A DNA stretch of 64,000 bases from Syntrophomonadales bacterium (GTDB lineage: Bacteria; Bacillota; Syntrophomonadia; Syntrophomonadales; DTU052). Within the stretch, counting starts at the first letter, position 1; each line of letters opens with the position of its first letter. The stretch is taken from positions 355,548 through 419,547 of the forward strand of contig JBMNJO010000012.1 in assembly GCA_050951725.1 (NCBI GenBank). The letters are read 5' to 3'. Positions 54,627-62,382 of the stretch are shown one piece after another. The translations under genes and the position numbers were made by a program. The notes beneath the pieces are model-generated. The model ran no database searches. It was not told the origin of the DNA and was given only the letters and a program-made list of their open reading frames with translations.

Positions 54627-55034
54627 ATGATTTATATTTACCCGGCCATTTTTACCCCTGAAAAGACAAAAAAGCGAGGAACTGTATATACTGTTGAGAT
54701 ACCAGATATCCCTGGTTGCATCACTGAGGGGGAATCAATTCCGGAGGCACTATTAATGGTCAGGGAAGCTTTGGCCGGATGTATATTAGCCATGAAGAAG
54801 GCTAATGAGGAAATCCCCGCGCCATCAAACTGCAACGATATTCGAACTGAGTCAAAACAGGAATTCGTTACCTTGATTGATGTTGACCTTAATGAGTACC
54901 TGCGCAAGAAGGAGACAAAATCAGTTATCAAAACAGTCAGTCTCCCCCAATGGCTAGCAATCATGGCTGAAGAAGCCGGAATAAGTTATTCGCAAATCCT
55001 CCAAGAAACTCTTAAAGAGCGGTTGGGGCTATAA
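54627..55034 (+). CDS. hicB: HicB family antitoxin (second copy) with C-terminal DNA-binding-like extension
   Basis: IYPAIFTPEK...YTVEIPDIPGCITEGESIPEAL is the HicB core. ATG 54627 lies 9 nt after GGAG. Confidence 0.8.
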   Translation: MIYIYPAIFTPEKTKKRGTVYTVEIPDIPGCITEGESIPEALLMVREALAGCILAMKKANEEIPAPSNCNDIRTESKQEFVTLIDVDLNEYLRKKETKSVIKTVSLPQWLAIMAEEAGISYSQILQETLKERLGL

Positions 55035-55060
55035 CGCCAGCGCGTTAAGGTTTAAAATAT

Positions 55061-55108
55061 AACCTGTTTCGGGCGGCTTGTTAGTTCGAGTCTTGCACGA
55101 CCCACCAG
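55061..55108 (+). other. junction remnant: 16-nt inverted copy of 19310-19325, followed by a tRNA 3'-end-like sequence
   Basis: AACCTGTTTCGGGCGG equals the reverse complement of CCGCCCGAAACAGGTT at 19310-19325. It is followed by GTTAGTTCGAGTCTTGCACGACCCACCA (T-loop-like TTCGAGT and terminal CCA). Confidence 0.4.
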
Positions 55109-55124
55109 TTTGAAATAAAGGGTG

Positions 55125-55155
55125 CCTTTTATCTTTCGAGATAAGGTTACTTTTT
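55125..55155 (+). terminator. rho-independent terminator candidate
   Basis: TTATCT-TTCG-AGATAA hairpin followed by GGTTACTTTTTGTTT. Confidence 0.5.
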
Positions 55156-55267
55156 GTTTGAGCAGATTATAATCGTTAAATGGCAGCTCCGGGACACGGG
55201 GCAATCAGCCAGAGCAACTGCCTGAAAGGTAATAAAGTCTTTAGCATTCTTAGTTTATTTCTTTTGA

Positions 55268-55302
55268 AAATCAATTTGATTTAATTAAATACTTGATATA
55301 AT
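55268..55302 (+). promoter_or_regulatory. promoter with perfect palindrome operator candidate
   Basis: AAATCAATTTGATTT (7-1-7 palindrome, 55268-55282) overlaps the -35 region. The extended -10 is TGATATAAT, ending at 55302. Confidence 0.4.
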
Positions 55303-55343
55303 GGAGTGAAGAAAAACCAAAAATTCATGAAAGAAGGATAAAA

Positions 55344-55646
55344 ATGTCAAGAAAATTGATATTTAATGAAGTAAAGGAAAACCATTTTCCAACATTGGAG
55401 CAATATGTGCCGATTGTAGCAAGAGTCCATGGAGGTAGTCACCCAGAATTCCATGAAGTTCGTAAATTGTTTGAAGCAATCAATGAGAAAATAAAAGAAG
55501 CGGGAACTGAAAGACCTGATTTAAGCGAAGAATTTGCTAAATTACGTGAAATTACAGCCAACTACACAGTTCCGGGAGATGTATGCGAAAGTTACGAAGC
55601 AGTGTACAACATGTTAGCTGAAGTAGACGAAGCATATCAAGATTAA
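55344..55646 (+). CDS. hypothetical 100-aa protein
   Basis: Good RBS GAAGGA, AT-rich codon usage like the downstream ATPase, no family recognised. Confidence 0.5.
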   Translation: MSRKLIFNEVKENHFPTLEQYVPIVARVHGGSHPEFHEVRKLFEAINEKIKEAGTERPDLSEEFAKLREITANYTVPGDVCESYEAVYNMLAEVDEAYQD

Positions 55647-55756
55647 TTGGACAATTCGTTATAAAATGGTCTGTCAGCGGTAGTGAATCCAGAAAGTAGT
55701 TTGCTTTCTGGATTCATTAACAGGAAAGAGCAAAAAATAGATGAAGAGAGTACAGA

Positions 55757-57607
55757 ATGCAAAGGTTTATCTTAAGCAAGAAAAATCAAATAACGTTAAT
55801 TAATGCAACCTTAATTGTAATTGCATTTGTCAGCAAATTAGGTTTTAAGAATGTAGACCTGTTTGTTTGGGCGTTGATTGTTGCTTCTATTTTCGGGGTT
55901 GCACCTATCGCGATCCAAGCGTATCAAGCATTAAGAGTCAAAGTAGTCAGTATAGATGTTTTAGTTACTATCGCCGTGGTTGGGGCATTATTAATCAGTA
56001 ATTACGAAGAATCAGCCATTGTTACCTTCTTATTCTTATTTGGAGCTTACCTCGAACAACGTACATTAAATAAAACCCGATCTGCGATTAAAGAATTAAC
56101 TGAAATGGCACCAGAAAGTGCTTTAAAACAAATGGAAAATGGAGAATTTGAAGAAGTAGACGTGGATGAAGTTGATGTAGGTGATGTTTTACTGGTCAAA
56201 ACTGGCGCCAAAGTGCCGGTTGACGGTACTGTTTTAACCGGAGAAGGTCACATTAATGAAGCAAGTATTACCGGTGAATCTGTACCGGTAAGTAAAAAGA
56301 CGAATTCCGAGGTCTATGCTGGTACGATTTTGGAAAACGGAACCATTCAAATTGTTGCTGATCGCGTCGGAGAGGATACTACTTTTGGCAAGATTATTGA
56401 GTTAGTCGAAGAAGCGCAGGATTCAAAATCAGAAGCCGAACGTTTTATTGATAGATTCTCTAAATACTACACTCCGGCGGTTTTAGCCCTGGCGATTATT
56501 GTATGGTTAGTTTCACGAGATATTAAACTGGCGATTACAATCTTGGTTATAGGATGCCCGGGAGCATTGGTCATTGGTGTACCTGTTTCAAACGTTGCCG
56601 GCATTGGTAACGGGGCGCGAAATGGTGTTCTTCTCAAAGGCAGTGAAGTCATCCACGATTTTAGTAGAGTTGATGCCGTAATATTTGACAAAACAGGTAC
56701 ATTAACAATAGGGAATCCTAAGGTAGCGGACACTGAATTCTATGGGGACAACATTGACGAGGTATTAGGTTACTTGGCCAGCGTCGAAAGTGAATCCGAC
56801 CATCCATTGGCTAAAGCAGTGGTCGAGAAAATTGGGGACACAAAATTATATACTGTTGAAAACACTGATGTTGTAAAAGGTGGCGGAATTATCGCTTCTG
56901 TGGACGGCCGTAGAGTTGCAGTTGGTAATGTTGCATTAATGGAACGAGAAAACGTTCCCCTGAATGAAAAGGTTCGTGAAGATATTGCTCGATTTGAAAA
57001 AATGGGAAATTCACTTGTTCTGACGTCAGTTGATGGTGAATTAAGAGTACTAATGGGAATTCGTGATCAGATTCGTCCCGGTATTAAAGAAGATCTTCAA
57101 AAGCTAAAACGTTTAGGTGTCAAGAATCTAGTAGTTCTTTCAGGCGATAACCAAGGAACAGTTGATTTGGTAGCACGTGAAATTGGATTGACAGAAGCCC
57201 ACGGAAACATGTTACCAGAAGATAAATCAGCCTATATTGCAGAGATGCAAGCCAAAGATAAAATTGTCGCATTCGTTGGTGATGGAGCAAACGATAGTCC
57301 TTCACTGGCTCTGGCAGATATCGGCATTGCTATGGGAAGTGGTACTGACGTTGCCATTGAAACTTCGGATGTTGTATTAATGAATTCGGACTTCAGCCGC
57401 TTACCGCACGCGTTAGGTCTAACCAAAGCAACAGCTAATAATATGCTGCAAAATATTATAATCGCAGTCGGAGTGGTACTAACTCTACTTGCCGCCGTAT
57501 TCTTCAGCGATTGGATGAATATGTCAATAGGTATGTTGGTTCACGAACTTAGTATCTTAGTCGTAATCTTGAACGGTATGAGACTTCTTGGGTATAAATT
57601 GAGATAA
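55757..57607 (+). CDS. heavy-metal-translocating P1B-type ATPase lacking an N-terminal HMA domain; CPG in the TM6 motif
   Basis: TGES actuator motif, DKTGTLT phosphorylation site, GDGANDSPSLALADIGIAMGSGTDVA hinge. The transmembrane motif reads VIGCPGALVIG instead of CPC. Confidence 0.85.
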   Translation: MQRFILSKKNQITLINATLIVIAFVSKLGFKNVDLFVWALIVASIFGVAPIAIQAYQALRVKVVSIDVLVTIAVVGALLISNYEESAIVTFLFLFGAYLEQRTLNKTRSAIKELTEMAPESALKQMENGEFEEVDVDEVDVGDVLLVKTGAKVPVDGTVLTGEGHINEASITGESVPVSKKTNSEVYAGTILENGTIQIVADRVGEDTTFGKIIELVEEAQDSKSEAERFIDRFSKYYTPAVLALAIIVWLVSRDIKLAITILVIGCPGALVIGVPVSNVAGIGNGARNGVLLKGSEVIHDFSRVDAVIFDKTGTLTIGNPKVADTEFYGDNIDEVLGYLASVESESDHPLAKAVVEKIGDTKLYTVENTDVVKGGGIIASVDGRRVAVGNVALMERENVPLNEKVREDIARFEKMGNSLVLTSVDGELRVLMGIRDQIRPGIKEDLQKLKRLGVKNLVVLSGDNQGTVDLVAREIGLTEAHGNMLPEDKSAYIAEMQAKDKIVAFVGDGANDSPSLALADIGIAMGSGTDVAIETSDVVLMNSDFSRLPHALGLTKATANNMLQNIIIAVGVVLTLLAAVFFSDWMNMSIGMLVHELSILVVILNGMRLLGYKLR

Positions 57608-57649
57608 CGATGCAAAATACCCCAATAATGAATAAAAGGAGAGATAAAA

Positions 57650-57883
57650 ATGCAAAAAGCAACTATCCAATTGGAAACTTTAACTTGTCCGTCATGTATG
57701 CAAAAGATTAACAATGCAGTGAAATCCTTGAATGGTGTGGACAAAGAAAGTGTAAATGTACTGTTTAACTCAAGTAAAGTAAAATTAGACTTTGACGATG
57801 AAAAACTATCGGTTAAAGAGATCGAAAATGCTATCACTGCACTAGGATATGAAGTGAAAAAGTCACAAGTAAGAGTTAAATAG
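57650..57883 (+). CDS. CopZ-like heavy-metal-associated (HMA) metallochaperone
   Basis: 77 aa. LETLTCPSCMQKINNAV is the CxxC HMA motif. AAAAGGAGAG RBS. Confidence 0.8.
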   Translation: MQKATIQLETLTCPSCMQKINNAVKSLNGVDKESVNVLFNSSKVKLDFDDEKLSVKEIENAITALGYEVKKSQVRVK

Positions 57884-58034
57884 CAACTGTTCCCTGTCAA
57901 GCAGACAGACGAAAAAAATCTTTACCTGGACTCCGTCAATGGCGGGGTCCGGCGTTTTATGAGGCGGCCGGTAGCCGCCAGCTGTAACCGGTCAAGTGTT
58001 TTGGAGAATTTTTGGCCAATAATTTTCCATAGGA

Positions 58035-58784
58035 CTATTGTCTTAGTATAGAATCTCGATGCTTCAGTCGGTAGCTTTCCCCGGACAGGTTAAAAATCTC
58101 ACTGTGATGAGCGATTCTATCAAGAATTGCGGTCGTAATAACGGGATCGCCCATCAGCTCGGCCCAATCTTCAAAACCCTTGTTTGATGTTATGATTAAT
58201 GATGCCTGTTCATAAAGTGCCGATATCAACTGGAAGAACAAATTGGCTTCCTGGCGCGAGATAGGGACAAAACCTATCTCGTCAATAATCACCAAGTCCG
58301 AAGCCATGAGCCGTTTTACCTTCTGCCGGCTGCGTGGGGAAGTGGCTTCCAGCTTCAAGTGCTTCATCAATTCATCCATGTTTACGAAGCTCACCCTGTA
58401 CCCCTTTTTGACTGCCTCATATCCAATAGCCACTGACATGTGGCTCTTGCCGACCCCGGGAGGGCCCAAAAAAATCAGATTGTAGCATTTTTCTATCCAC
58501 TGCATATCCAATAACTGATTAACCTGTTTCCGGGTAATAGAACGCTGAAATACGAAATCAAACTCGTCAATTGTTTTGATAAAGGGGAACCCGGCCATCT
58601 TCATTCTGCGTTCCTCAGCCCGCTTTTCCTTGTATGTCAGCTCTCCTCGCAAAAGGCGGTTCAAGAACTCCAAGTACGACATATCGGTAATGTTAGCCTC
58701 TTGGAGTGCCTGATCCAGGTTGTCCCGGCTCCAAGAAAGATTAAGGCTTTTCATGTAACCTCTGGTTTCTTCGGCCTTGTTCAA
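58035..58784 (-). CDS. istB: IS21 helper ATPase IstB
   Basis: Walker A GPPGVGKSH and Walker B LVIIDEIG, with the IstB-type ending RLKHR. Confidence 0.9.
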   Translation of the reverse strand: MNKAEETRGYMKSLNLSWSRDNLDQALQEANITDMSYLEFLNRLLRGELTYKEKRAEERRMKMAGFPFIKTIDEFDFVFQRSITRKQVNQLLDMQWIEKCYNLIFLGPPGVGKSHMSVAIGYEAVKKGYRVSFVNMDELMKHLKLEATSPRSRQKVKRLMASDLVIIDEIGFVPISRQEANLFFQLISALYEQASLIITSNKGFEDWAELMGDPVITTAILDRIAHHSEIFNLSGESYRLKHRDSILRQ

Positions 58785-60300
58785 CGTTCACACCTCCATA
58801 AATAGCGGCATACTCGCTAATATTTCTTACCTCTGTTTTGATTCGGTAGGCGGGAGGTATGGCCGATGTATCAAGTATGGATCCACTTGTCTTGCTCTCT
58901 TTGGTTTGGGCAACGTAATCGAGAGCTATTGCGAACTCGACGGCACTAAAAATCCGTCTTTCTAAGCAATGGCTTAATGCCTGAAATATCGTTTCTGCGT
59001 CATGATTTGCAATCGTTCGATTGATAAGATCATACTGGTCACGAATGTATCTGGGCTTTTCTTTACGAATGCCCTTCAAGAAAGCAACTGCTGTCTCACT
59101 TCCTCCCAAGTTAGCCAGTGTATTCTCAAAAAATTCGGCTATCTTTGCTGAATGGTCACGCTTATGGTTGTTGTTGCTGATCAGTTTGCCTTTTTCAAGC
59201 GCTATCCTGTGAATGGCCAACTGCTCACCTGTATTCAGGTCAAATATACTGAGAAGACCCTGGTCTTCTTTAATTACTACCTCCCTTTCGGGATAATAAC
59301 TGCCAAGGGGCAGAGTATACCGATTGCCGTTGAACCATATGGTATTGTCTTTACGCACCTGCCTTGTTACAATTTCTTCAGGTTGATTAATTATGTTCGG
59401 TATCGGTTTTAAGTGTTTTTGCTCTTCCTTAAACACTTCTGCCGGTACCATTTTTGTTGTGCCATGTATATTGGCGTTTCCGGTTCTTGCTAGCCATTCT
59501 ATACACCCCTGATTAAAATCCGTGATGTTATCAAAGATCCGGTGCCGGGCGTAATTGTTCTTTGCGTATTTGATAACCGCTTCAATTTTACCTTTGGTCT
59601 CGGGATCGTTTTTGCGACAGAGATATACTCTGAATCCCATCTGTTGCCGGAACCTCTCAAACTCGGCCGTAAATATGACATCACCAGAGTTTTCGCTTAT
59701 GGCCAAGAGCCTATCCTGGTCGTAGACTATTTCTTCTGGCACCCCTCCCATAAATTCAAATGCCCGATAATGCATATGTATGAACCTGGCCGTGGTTAGT
59801 GGTTTGTCCTCCCATTCAACGTACTTTTGACGGCTGCGTGATAGGACTAGCCCGAATCCAGTAAGCTTTACCTTCTGACCCTCAGTATTCTTAAGGTTGA
59901 TAAATCCTAGATCAACCTGGGCCTGGTAACCCATGGGCAGCTCTTCTGTTGCCTGATACTGGCGGACCTTAACAGATTTCTTAATTCCATGCTTTATTCG
60001 CAAACTGGCTACGTATCGTCTAAGTGTCCTCTCCTTTCCGTGGTAATCGGGATAATGCTCTTTGAGCCAGTCATGTACTTGGGCTGACGAGATATCAGGA
60101 TGTTCTTGTAACCACCTCACTATCTGATCTTCGTATTTTTCTAGTTTCTTTGTTCTTTGGTTGTTCCGCCTCATTTCCGAAAACTCGTCTGGCGTCACCT
60201 TCCAATAACGGTCAACGGTTTTCCAATCTATCCCTAATCGTCGCTTAACCTGTGATTTGTTAAGTCCCATCGCTTTTAGTTGCTGCAGATCTTGATACAT
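58741..60300 (-). CDS. istA: IS21 transposase IstA
   Basis: N-terminal HTH (MGLNKSQVKRRLGIDWKTV), DDE core (QVDLG...) and an overlap with istB. ATG 60300 is preferred over ORF start 60357. Confidence 0.9.
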   Translation of the reverse strand: MYQDLQQLKAMGLNKSQVKRRLGIDWKTVDRYWKVTPDEFSEMRRNNQRTKKLEKYEDQIVRWLQEHPDISSAQVHDWLKEHYPDYHGKERTLRRYVASLRIKHGIKKSVKVRQYQATEELPMGYQAQVDLGFINLKNTEGQKVKLTGFGLVLSRSRQKYVEWEDKPLTTARFIHMHYRAFEFMGGVPEEIVYDQDRLLAISENSGDVIFTAEFERFRQQMGFRVYLCRKNDPETKGKIEAVIKYAKNNYARHRIFDNITDFNQGCIEWLARTGNANIHGTTKMVPAEVFKEEQKHLKPIPNIINQPEEIVTRQVRKDNTIWFNGNRYTLPLGSYYPEREVVIKEDQGLLSIFDLNTGEQLAIHRIALEKGKLISNNNHKRDHSAKIAEFFENTLANLGGSETAVAFLKGIRKEKPRYIRDQYDLINRTIANHDAETIFQALSHCLERRIFSAVEFAIALDYVAQTKESKTSGSILDTSAIPPAYRIKTEVRNISEYAAIYGGVNVEQGRRNQRLHEKP

Positions 60301-60492
60301 CGGCCACCCTTTCACCTGATTCCTCTCCCTGCTAAATTGTTGTCTTTCAACAAACAATTTTAGCTGGTCTGGAACATTGCGGTAAATATTATCCGTTTTT
60401 ATTGGCCAATTTTTCTCCCTTTTATTTTACCGTTCACACCAGCGTGGCTCTAGATTACTGCAACAAATTATTTGCCATTGAAAAGCAGCTTA

Positions 60493-61106
60493 AGTCACAT
60501 TCCTCTATGGACGATGGCTACGAAAGATAAACGGGCATTAACACGTGCCCAAAAAAGACGTTCACATTCCTCTATGGACGATGGCTACGTAGGTCCACCT
60601 TGACGGGGTCTTTATGACAGGAGTCAGTTCACATTCCTCTATGGACGATGGCTACTCGACGGAGCTGCAGCCCCCATGTTTCCTTGTAATGTTCACATTC
60701 CTCTATGGACGATGGCTACGATTCCGACAAAGATGTAGATAAGGGCGAGTACATCGTTCACATTCCTCTATGGACGATGGCTACGCCTGCCTCATCTGCT
60801 GTCTTTCCTTGTTGAACACAAGTTCACATTCCTCTATGGACGATGGCTACCTAGACACTCCGTAAAGCAGGTGTGCCTTAAACTGGTTCACATTCCTCTA
60901 TGGACGATGGCTACGAGACGGTTGCATAACCAACGAGTAAACCTTTGTGCGTTCACATTCCTCTATGGACGATGGCTACTTGTGATCTCCCCGGCCTTCT
61001 CCAGCAGTTTCAGTGTTCACATTCCTCTATGGACGATGGCTACTCTGGTTACAATATGACCGCCGCGAGTTTATTAGGTTCACATTCCTCTATGGACGAT
61101 GGCTAC
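60493..61106 (-). CRISPR. CRISPR array, 10 repeats of 29 nt and 9 spacers of 34-38 nt; no cas genes in window
   Basis: Repeat GTTCACATTCCTCTATGGACGATGGCTAC starts at 60493 (degenerate, AG for GT), 60560, 60627, 60691, 60756, 60822, 60886, 60951, 61015 and 61078. The minus orientation is inferred only from the degenerate repeat at the low-coordinate end. Confidence 0.9.
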
Positions 61107-61626
61107 CGCAAAATAAATGCAGATATATTGGCTTCGAAGGGTGCAAACAAAGGCACATCTGCGTCAAACCTCCGGTTAAGCATAACAGAAAATTGCCGGT
61201 TAGATCAGGAATATCGGTTAAGGATATTCTGTTCCTATTTAGCATACCAATTTGCCCCTAGTTAGTCTCCATTTGCTCAGCGGATTGCCTGTTGGTGATT
61301 CTGAATGTCAACGAAAAAGTTTACCACGTGATATTGAATTTGTTTACCACTAATGATCACCAAAAAGTTTACCAACACTGATACTGAATTTGTTTACCAC
61401 CTTGATAATGAAAAAGTTTACCACCAGGGAGTTAAGAAAGGGGAACGACTCCTAGAGAGTCATTTCCCCTCACGGAATCCTTAAATCAGGTTAGGCTCGG
61501 TTCGGCTCTGTAAGGATGCTCTGAATTCATGTTTAATACATGAGATCTAAAGGTCAGCCTGTCAACTAGAGCCGTTTGTAACTGTCAAGTAAAAATGAAC
61601 AAAAAGTGATAAACAACCTTGGACAC

Positions 61627-62382
61627 CTAATTGTTTCCAAAAATGGTTTGGCGGTGTTTTAAACGATAACTGTCACCGGTTAGGTGGATAACCTCACTTT
61701 TGTGGATTAAGCGATCCAGAATAGCTGTTGTAATCGCCGGGTCACCCAGAATATCTCCCCAGTCTTCCGGTCCCTTGTTTGATGTAATGATGACAGAGGC
61801 CTGGCCGTAGAGCTTGTTGATTAATTGAAAAAAGAGGTTGGCCTCATGTCGGTCAATAGCCATAAACATCAAGTCATCAATGATTACTAGGTCAGAGCCG
61901 ACGATTCGTTTTATCTTTGCCCTGGAGTTGCGACTGATTTCCTCGGTTTTGAGGAGGCGAATTAGTTCATCCATCTGAACGAAAGTAACCCGGTAACCCC
62001 GGCTAACGGCTTCGATCCCCAGGCCAATGGATAAACAGGTCTTCCCCACCCCGGGAGGTCCCAGTAAAATTAGGTTGTAGGCCTGTTCTAGCCAGATAAG
62101 CTCCCGTAGCTGTGTTAATTGTTTTTTACTTAAGGACTGTTGTTCTGAAAGATCAAAATCATCCAGGGTTTTGTACTCAGGGAAAGATGCAAGCTTGTAG
62201 AGCCTCGCGGACTGCTTTTCCTCCCGTTTTTTTATCTCATGTTGCACAAGCTCCATTAGAAATACTAGGTAACTAGGCTCCTTCAGCTGGGCATTATGTA
62301 GTCTCTCTTCTACTACCGCGGCCGCTTCCGTTATCTTTAAACGCTTCATATCTGTTTTGAGTTGTTCGAGTTCTGTTGACAC
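61627..62382 (-). CDS. istB: IS21 helper ATPase IstB (second, divergent copy)
   Basis: GPPGVGKTC, LVIIDDLM, and a RLKHR-type ending. Confidence 0.9.
   Translation of the reverse strand: MSTELEQLKTDMKRLKITEAAAVVEERLHNAQLKEPSYLVFLMELVQHEIKKREEKQSARLYKLASFPEYKTLDDFDLSEQQSLSKKQLTQLRELIWLEQAYNLILLGPPGVGKTCLSIGLGIEAVSRGYRVTFVQMDELIRLLKTEEISRNSRAKIKRIVGSDLVIIDDLMFMAIDRHEANLFFQLINKLYGQASVIITSNKGPEDWGDILGDPAITTAILDRLIHKSEVIHLTGDSYRLKHRQTIFGNN

Larger units (their letters stand above)
19413..55110. mobile_element. integrated phage-like element (possibly composite), about 35.7 kb
   Basis: It starts at the recombinase stop abutting the tRNA CCA and contains a lysogeny switch, replication and modification genes, two IS and two recombinases. 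The right limit is set at a tRNA-3'-end-like remnant and a composition shift, and is uncertain. Confidence 0.55.
57983..60438 (-). mobile_element. complete IS21-family element with 5-bp TSD CCAGC
   Basis: The termini TGTAACCGG...GGAGAATTTTTGGCCAATAA and the reverse complement of ...TTATTGGCCAATTTTTCTCC...CCGTTCACA align as imperfect IRs. CCAGC is present at 57978-57982 and 60439-60443. Confidence 0.75.

Noticed and set aside
19413-55110. Interpretation as an ordinary tailed (Caudoviricetes) prophage.
   Set aside because: No ORF shows terminase (large Walker A/nuclease), portal, major capsid, tape-measure or tail-fibre character. The only large late proteins are FN3-array surface proteins. 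This absence cannot be proven without profile searches.
55344-55646. The 100-aa protein as the metalloregulator of the ATPase cassette.
   Set aside because: It has no recognisable HTH (ArsR/CadC, MerR, CopY or CsoR patterns are absent), so its function is left open.
60871-61265. Three + strand track ORFs (60871-61059, 60945-61265, 61013-61261) with recurring HIPLWTMAT / FTFLYGRWL peptides.
   Set aside because: They are translations of the CRISPR repeat in different frames. The periodic identical peptides come from the 29-nt repeat, not from a gene.
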